Assembly: GCA_964418515.1 (NCBI GenBank)
Contig: CAYQLK010000003.1
Span: forward strand, 1 to 50,196
DNA from: an uncultured Gammaproteobacteria bacterium
Lineage (GTDB): Bacteria > Patescibacteriota > Microgenomatia > CAYQLK01
DNA length: 50,196 nt
Direction of reading: 5' to 3'
Part shown: positions 46,996 to 50,196 of the stretch, in pieces
Layout of the letters: every line of letters begins with the position of its first letter
Position numbering within the stretch: the stretch's first letter is position 1
Made by a program: the position numbers and the translations under genes
Notes under the pieces: generated by a model
Databases searched by the model: none
Told to the model about the DNA's origin: nothing
The model's input: the letters and a program-made list of their open reading frames with translations, nothing else

Positions 46996-47007
46996 ATGCA
47001 ATATAGT
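46978..47007 (+). promoter_or_regulatory. candidate dnaA promoter with a DnaA box in the spacer
   Basis: TTGACG (46978-46983), N18, TATAGT (47002-47007). The perfect DnaA box 46987-46995 lies inside the spacer. Confidence 0.4.
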
Positions 47008-47119
47008 CATAAGAACTTTTCGGGTCACTTGCGACTGTTTGCCCAGTCTTACCTAAAAAGAAAACACCTCCAAAAAAACCTAAATATTGACTTAATTTAG
47101 TCAAAAATAAACGCGACCT

Positions 47120-48490
47120 ATGGAAGTTGATTCTAAAAAACTTTGGAGTGAAATATTAAAAGACATAAAGTCTGATCTTTCTCCTGCTAATTTTCGTACG
47201 TGGTTTAGTGCAACAAAACTTGAAAACAACTATGACAATGAAAAAATAATGTTTAAGGTTGTTGTTTTAAATAATTTTGTTCGAGAGCAGATTCAGGCTA
47301 GATATCTTGATCAAATTAAAGACAGAATAAGCCAGAAATACAGTGAAGAGGAATTTGATCTTACGGTTGAGGTTGGAAAGGTCGAAATATTAAATATTGA
47401 GGACCAGCCAAAAATAAATGAGGTTTTCAAAGAACAGACAAGTACGAACGAAATAAAGGTCGGGTGGAGTAGTGCTAATAATTTGAATCCAAATTTTACC
47501 TTTGATAAGTTTGTGGTTGGAAACTCAAACAATCTGGCGTTTGCGGCTGCTCAGGCGGTGGCTCAAAGCCCAGGAAGTGTTTATAACCCATTTTTTATAT
47601 ACGGAGGGGTCGGTGTAGGAAAAACACATTTAATGCAGGCTGTGGCTAATGGAATATTAGAAAGAGATTCGAGTGTGCGAGTTATTTATACAACTTGCGA
47701 AAAATTTACAAACGAGTTTATCGAGTCTATTTCTTCAAAGAATTCTAAAAACTTTCGTGAGAAGTTTCGCAGAAACGACATACTTATGATTGATGATATT
47801 CAATTCTTAAGCGGGAAAGAATCCACACAGGAAGAATTTTTTCATACCTTTAATGAGTTATATGGGGGTGGAAAACAAATAATTATGACTTCTGATCGAC
47901 ATCCTTCGTCTTTGGGAAAAATAGAAGATAGGTTGGTTTCACGGTTTTTGGGTGGTCTTACGGTTGATATTGGTAATCCAGACTTTGAGATGAGGGTGGC
48001 TATAATTAACCAAAAGATCAAAACCAAGAACTTGGATTTGACTCCAGAGATTGTGGATATCATTGCGTCAAAAGTGGATAAAAACACAAGAGAGCTTGAA
48101 GGTGTGTTGACAGGTATCATTTCGCTAGCATCACTACGAGGCCAGGCAATTGATGTGGATATCGTTAAAAAATTCTTTGGAATCCAAAGTGAAACAAGGA
48201 GATCTAAGCCTATTACTCCAAGAAGAGTAATTTCGGTGGTTGGTAATAAAACTAAGATTTCGACCGGCGATATTTTAGGTAAAAATAGACAAAAAGAACT
48301 AGTAACGGCCAGACAAATAGTTATGTATCTACTTCGGGAAGAGTATAAATTTTCTTTGGTTTCTATAGGGGATTCATTAGGTGGAAGAGATCACACAACT
48401 GTAATGCATGGCGTTGACAAAATTAAAACTGATATTAAATCTAATATTAATCTTCGTGAGTTAGTGTTAGAAATAAATAATTCCTTATAA
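47120..48490 (+). CDS. dnaA: chromosomal replication initiator DnaA
   Basis: GGVGVGKTHLMQA, IDDIQFL and the C-terminal DHTTVMHG DNA-binding domain. Confidence 0.97.
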   Translation: MEVDSKKLWSEILKDIKSDLSPANFRTWFSATKLENNYDNEKIMFKVVVLNNFVREQIQARYLDQIKDRISQKYSEEEFDLTVEVGKVEILNIEDQPKINEVFKEQTSTNEIKVGWSSANNLNPNFTFDKFVVGNSNNLAFAAAQAVAQSPGSVYNPFFIYGGVGVGKTHLMQAVANGILERDSSVRVIYTTCEKFTNEFIESISSKNSKNFREKFRRNDILMIDDIQFLSGKESTQEEFFHTFNELYGGGKQIIMTSDRHPSSLGKIEDRLVSRFLGGLTVDIGNPDFEMRVAIINQKIKTKNLDLTPEIVDIIASKVDKNTRELEGVLTGIISLASLRGQAIDVDIVKKFFGIQSETRRSKPITPRRVISVVGNKTKISTGDILGKNRQKELVTARQIVMYLLREEYKFSLVSIGDSLGGRDHTTVMHGVDKIKTDIKSNINLRELVLEINNSL

Positions 48491-48735
48491 GAGTTGTACA
48501 CAACCAAGTATGTTTTATCCACAACTTTATCCACAAACAAAGAATATTTTTACAGACAAAACAAACCCAAAAATAAACCTACTCTTATGGGTTATAATAT
48601 GAAAATTGCTTATTCTAATAACAAAATGTTAATTTTCGACAATATTTTTGAGGCTAATATTAGCTTGGAATTACACATATCTACAGAGTATATTACTGTG
48701 ATTACTTGTTTAAAATAAAAAAATAAATAAAAGAG
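48491..48735. other. candidate oriC (dnaA-dnaN intergenic region)
   Basis: Two perfect tandem TTATCCACA boxes (48515-48523, 48527-48535) and a 7/9 box TTGTACACA (48494-48502), followed by about 190 nt of very AT-rich sequence that could serve as an unwinding element. Confidence 0.6.
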
Positions 48736-49863
48736 ATGGCACAAACAAAAATCGGTTTTTCAGTTAAACAAGAAGAATTTAATCAAGCATTACAACTTGT
48801 TTTGAGAGCTGTTAGTTCAAAGATAACTTTACCGATTCTTAGTAATTTTTTAATTGAGGTTGAGACAAATAAAATAATTGTTTCCTCGACTAATTTAGAT
48901 GTTGCGATTTCTGTTTATTTATCAGCTACGAATACAGAACTAGGGAAAATTGCGGTTCCAGGTAAGATTCTTAATGATTTGGTTTCGACACTAAATCCTG
49001 GAGATTTAAGGTTAGAAGTAATTGATGGTGTTGGATCATTATCATCAGGAAAATTTGCCGCAAAAATCAATACTGCGCCAGTTGATGATTACCCGGTCAT
49101 ACCATCTGAATCTGGTGAAGCTAGAGTTAGTATTCCTGCAAAAACACTATCGCTTGCAATTAATAGAGTTGAATTTGCGGCCGCTATTGATGAGTCAAGG
49201 CCAATTTTGGCAGGTGTTTTGTTTGATTTAAACGAGAAGGGGCTTGAGTTAGTGGCAACTGATGGTTATAGACTTTCGTACGCCAAATTCGAGCGAGAAT
49301 TTAAGACGCCAATAAAAATTGTTGTGCCAGCTAAAACCCTGCAAGAGGTTTCTAAAATTGCGTCAATTGGAGATGAAATTGGGATTTGGCTTTCAGAAAA
49401 CGATAAACAAGTCGTTTTTCGAACCGGAAATGTAAAAATAGTTTCGAGAATAATTGAGGGAGAATACCCAAATTGGAGAAAGATAGTTCCAGACAGTTTT
49501 AATACTAAAATGTTAATCAACAAAGATGAGTTTGCTAGAGCCTTAACTCAGGCTGCGGTTTTTGCAAAAGAGTCAGGTAATGTGGTGAAGTTAAGTTTAG
49601 GTGAAGGGTTGGGGTTGGTTGTCTCTTCTGTTTCTAGAGAGCTTGGTGAAGAAAAAAACGAAATTGAGGGTGAAATGGCGGGTCCATCTGGTGAGATAGC
49701 TTTTAATTGGAGATATTTGAATGATTTTTTGGGGGTGTGTGAGTCGGAAAAATTTTATTTAGAAATGCTTGAAAGTTTAAAACCTGGCAAGTTTACTCTT
49801 GAGAAGAACGAATCTGGAGTTGAGTTTATGCATATTATTATGCCTGTGAGGCTGCAAGAGTAA
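48736..49863 (+). CDS. dnaN: DNA polymerase III beta sliding clamp
   Basis: 375 aa. LPILSNFLIE and ATDGYRLS motifs. Canonical position after dnaA. Confidence 0.95.
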   Translation: MAQTKIGFSVKQEEFNQALQLVLRAVSSKITLPILSNFLIEVETNKIIVSSTNLDVAISVYLSATNTELGKIAVPGKILNDLVSTLNPGDLRLEVIDGVGSLSSGKFAAKINTAPVDDYPVIPSESGEARVSIPAKTLSLAINRVEFAAAIDESRPILAGVLFDLNEKGLELVATDGYRLSYAKFEREFKTPIKIVVPAKTLQEVSKIASIGDEIGIWLSENDKQVVFRTGNVKIVSRIIEGEYPNWRKIVPDSFNTKMLINKDEFARALTQAAVFAKESGNVVKLSLGEGLGLVVSSVSRELGEEKNEIEGEMAGPSGEIAFNWRYLNDFLGVCESEKFYLEMLESLKPGKFTLEKNESGVEFMHIIMPVRLQE

Positions 49864-49893
49864 GGTTTTGTTTTACTAGCCAATTAAAGCTTT

Positions 49894-50196
49894 ATGGCGG
49901 GATTTGAAAAGGTTGATAGTCTAATTAGACAGTTTAGGTTTAATAGTGTCGAAAAGCAGGCATTGGGGGCCCTACAAGTAGTTTCTAAGAGTCAATTAGT
50001 TGTTGATAAGTGGGCCGGTAATAAATATAAAGGGGTATTTAAAATTCAGGTTGTATTATTCAAAAATAAAACATTGACGCTTGGAGTGGAAAACGGTATG
50101 TATGCGGTTTTGGTAAGAAAAGATATTAAAGGATTACAAACCCAGATAAATAGAATATTAGGTGTAGGTTTGATTAAGGAAATTAGAGTTAGGGTT
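49894..50196 (+). CDS. DUF721/DciA-like protein, 3'-truncated by the window end (absent from the ORF track)
   Basis: Hand-translated open frame of 101 codons with no stop: MAGFEKVDSLIRQF...LTLGVENGMYAVLVRKDIKGLQTQINRILGVGLIKEIRVRV. The pattern resembles DUF721, and the gene sits after dnaN. Confidence 0.55.
   Translation, partial: MAGFEKVDSLIRQFRFNSVEKQALGALQVVSKSQLVVDKWAGNKYKGVFKIQVVLFKNKTLTLGVENGMYAVLVRKDIKGLQTQINRILGVGLIKEIRVRV

Noticed and set aside
48494-48718. 74-aa ORF in the dnaA-dnaN spacer
   Set aside because: It has a TTG start and no RBS. It begins on a 7/9 DnaA-box-like sequence, spans the perfect DnaA boxes and runs through the AT-rich putative unwinding region. The product is low-complexity and Asn/Ile/Tyr-rich. 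The region is better explained as oriC.
1-50196. CRISPR arrays, tRNA/rRNA/tmRNA/RNase P RNA genes, transposases, integrases and prophage blocks
   Set aside because: No intergenic region exceeds about 265 nt. None shows regularly spaced repeats or tRNA-like GTTCRANYC T-loops, and every long ORF has another assignment. A tRNAscan/Infernal run would be needed for certainty.
1-50196. Alternative genetic code (UGA = Gly, as in Gracilibacteria/Absconditabacteria)
   Set aside because: murJ, trxA and other well-defined genes terminate at TGA at the expected protein length, and conserved genes are intact under code 11.

Overview
AT-rich, very gene-dense bacterial chromosome segment that looks like a reduced Patescibacteria/CPR-type genome. 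The evidence is short housekeeping proteins, minimal MetRS/ValRS/TPI, a DUF4012 protein and few Shine-Dalgarno sites. The standard genetic code applies, because TGA is used as a stop (murJ, trxA). The window covers the replication-origin neighbourhood: rpmH-rnpA-yidD-yidC-jag on the minus strand, and divergent dnaA-dnaN plus a DUF721/DciA-like gene on the plus strand, with perfect DnaA boxes. It also holds groES-groEL behind a CIRCE operator, translation genes (rpsT, rplY, metG, valS, tsaD), two UvrD-family helicases (one fused to a Cas4/AddB-type nuclease, next to rmuC) and many cell-envelope genes. The envelope genes are murJ, an LCP protein, a FemAB-family protein, a class A PBP, an M23 peptidase, VanW, a tiny LPNTG sortase substrate, a GT2/GT-C/WecA-like/UbiA-DPPR-synthase glycan cluster, and a DUF4012/Wzx/Wzy cluster. 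I found no tRNA, rRNA, CRISPR array, transposase or integrase. The clearest anomaly is compositional. A roughly 1.15 kb GC-rich cassette (about 8160-9290) carries three co-directional ORFs of unknown function with their own strong ribosome-binding sites. It sits exactly between the FemAB-family gene and the helicase-nuclease gene. A second GC-rich segment occupies the left edge of the window (1 to about 460). All domain calls are by-eye motif recognition; no searches were run.
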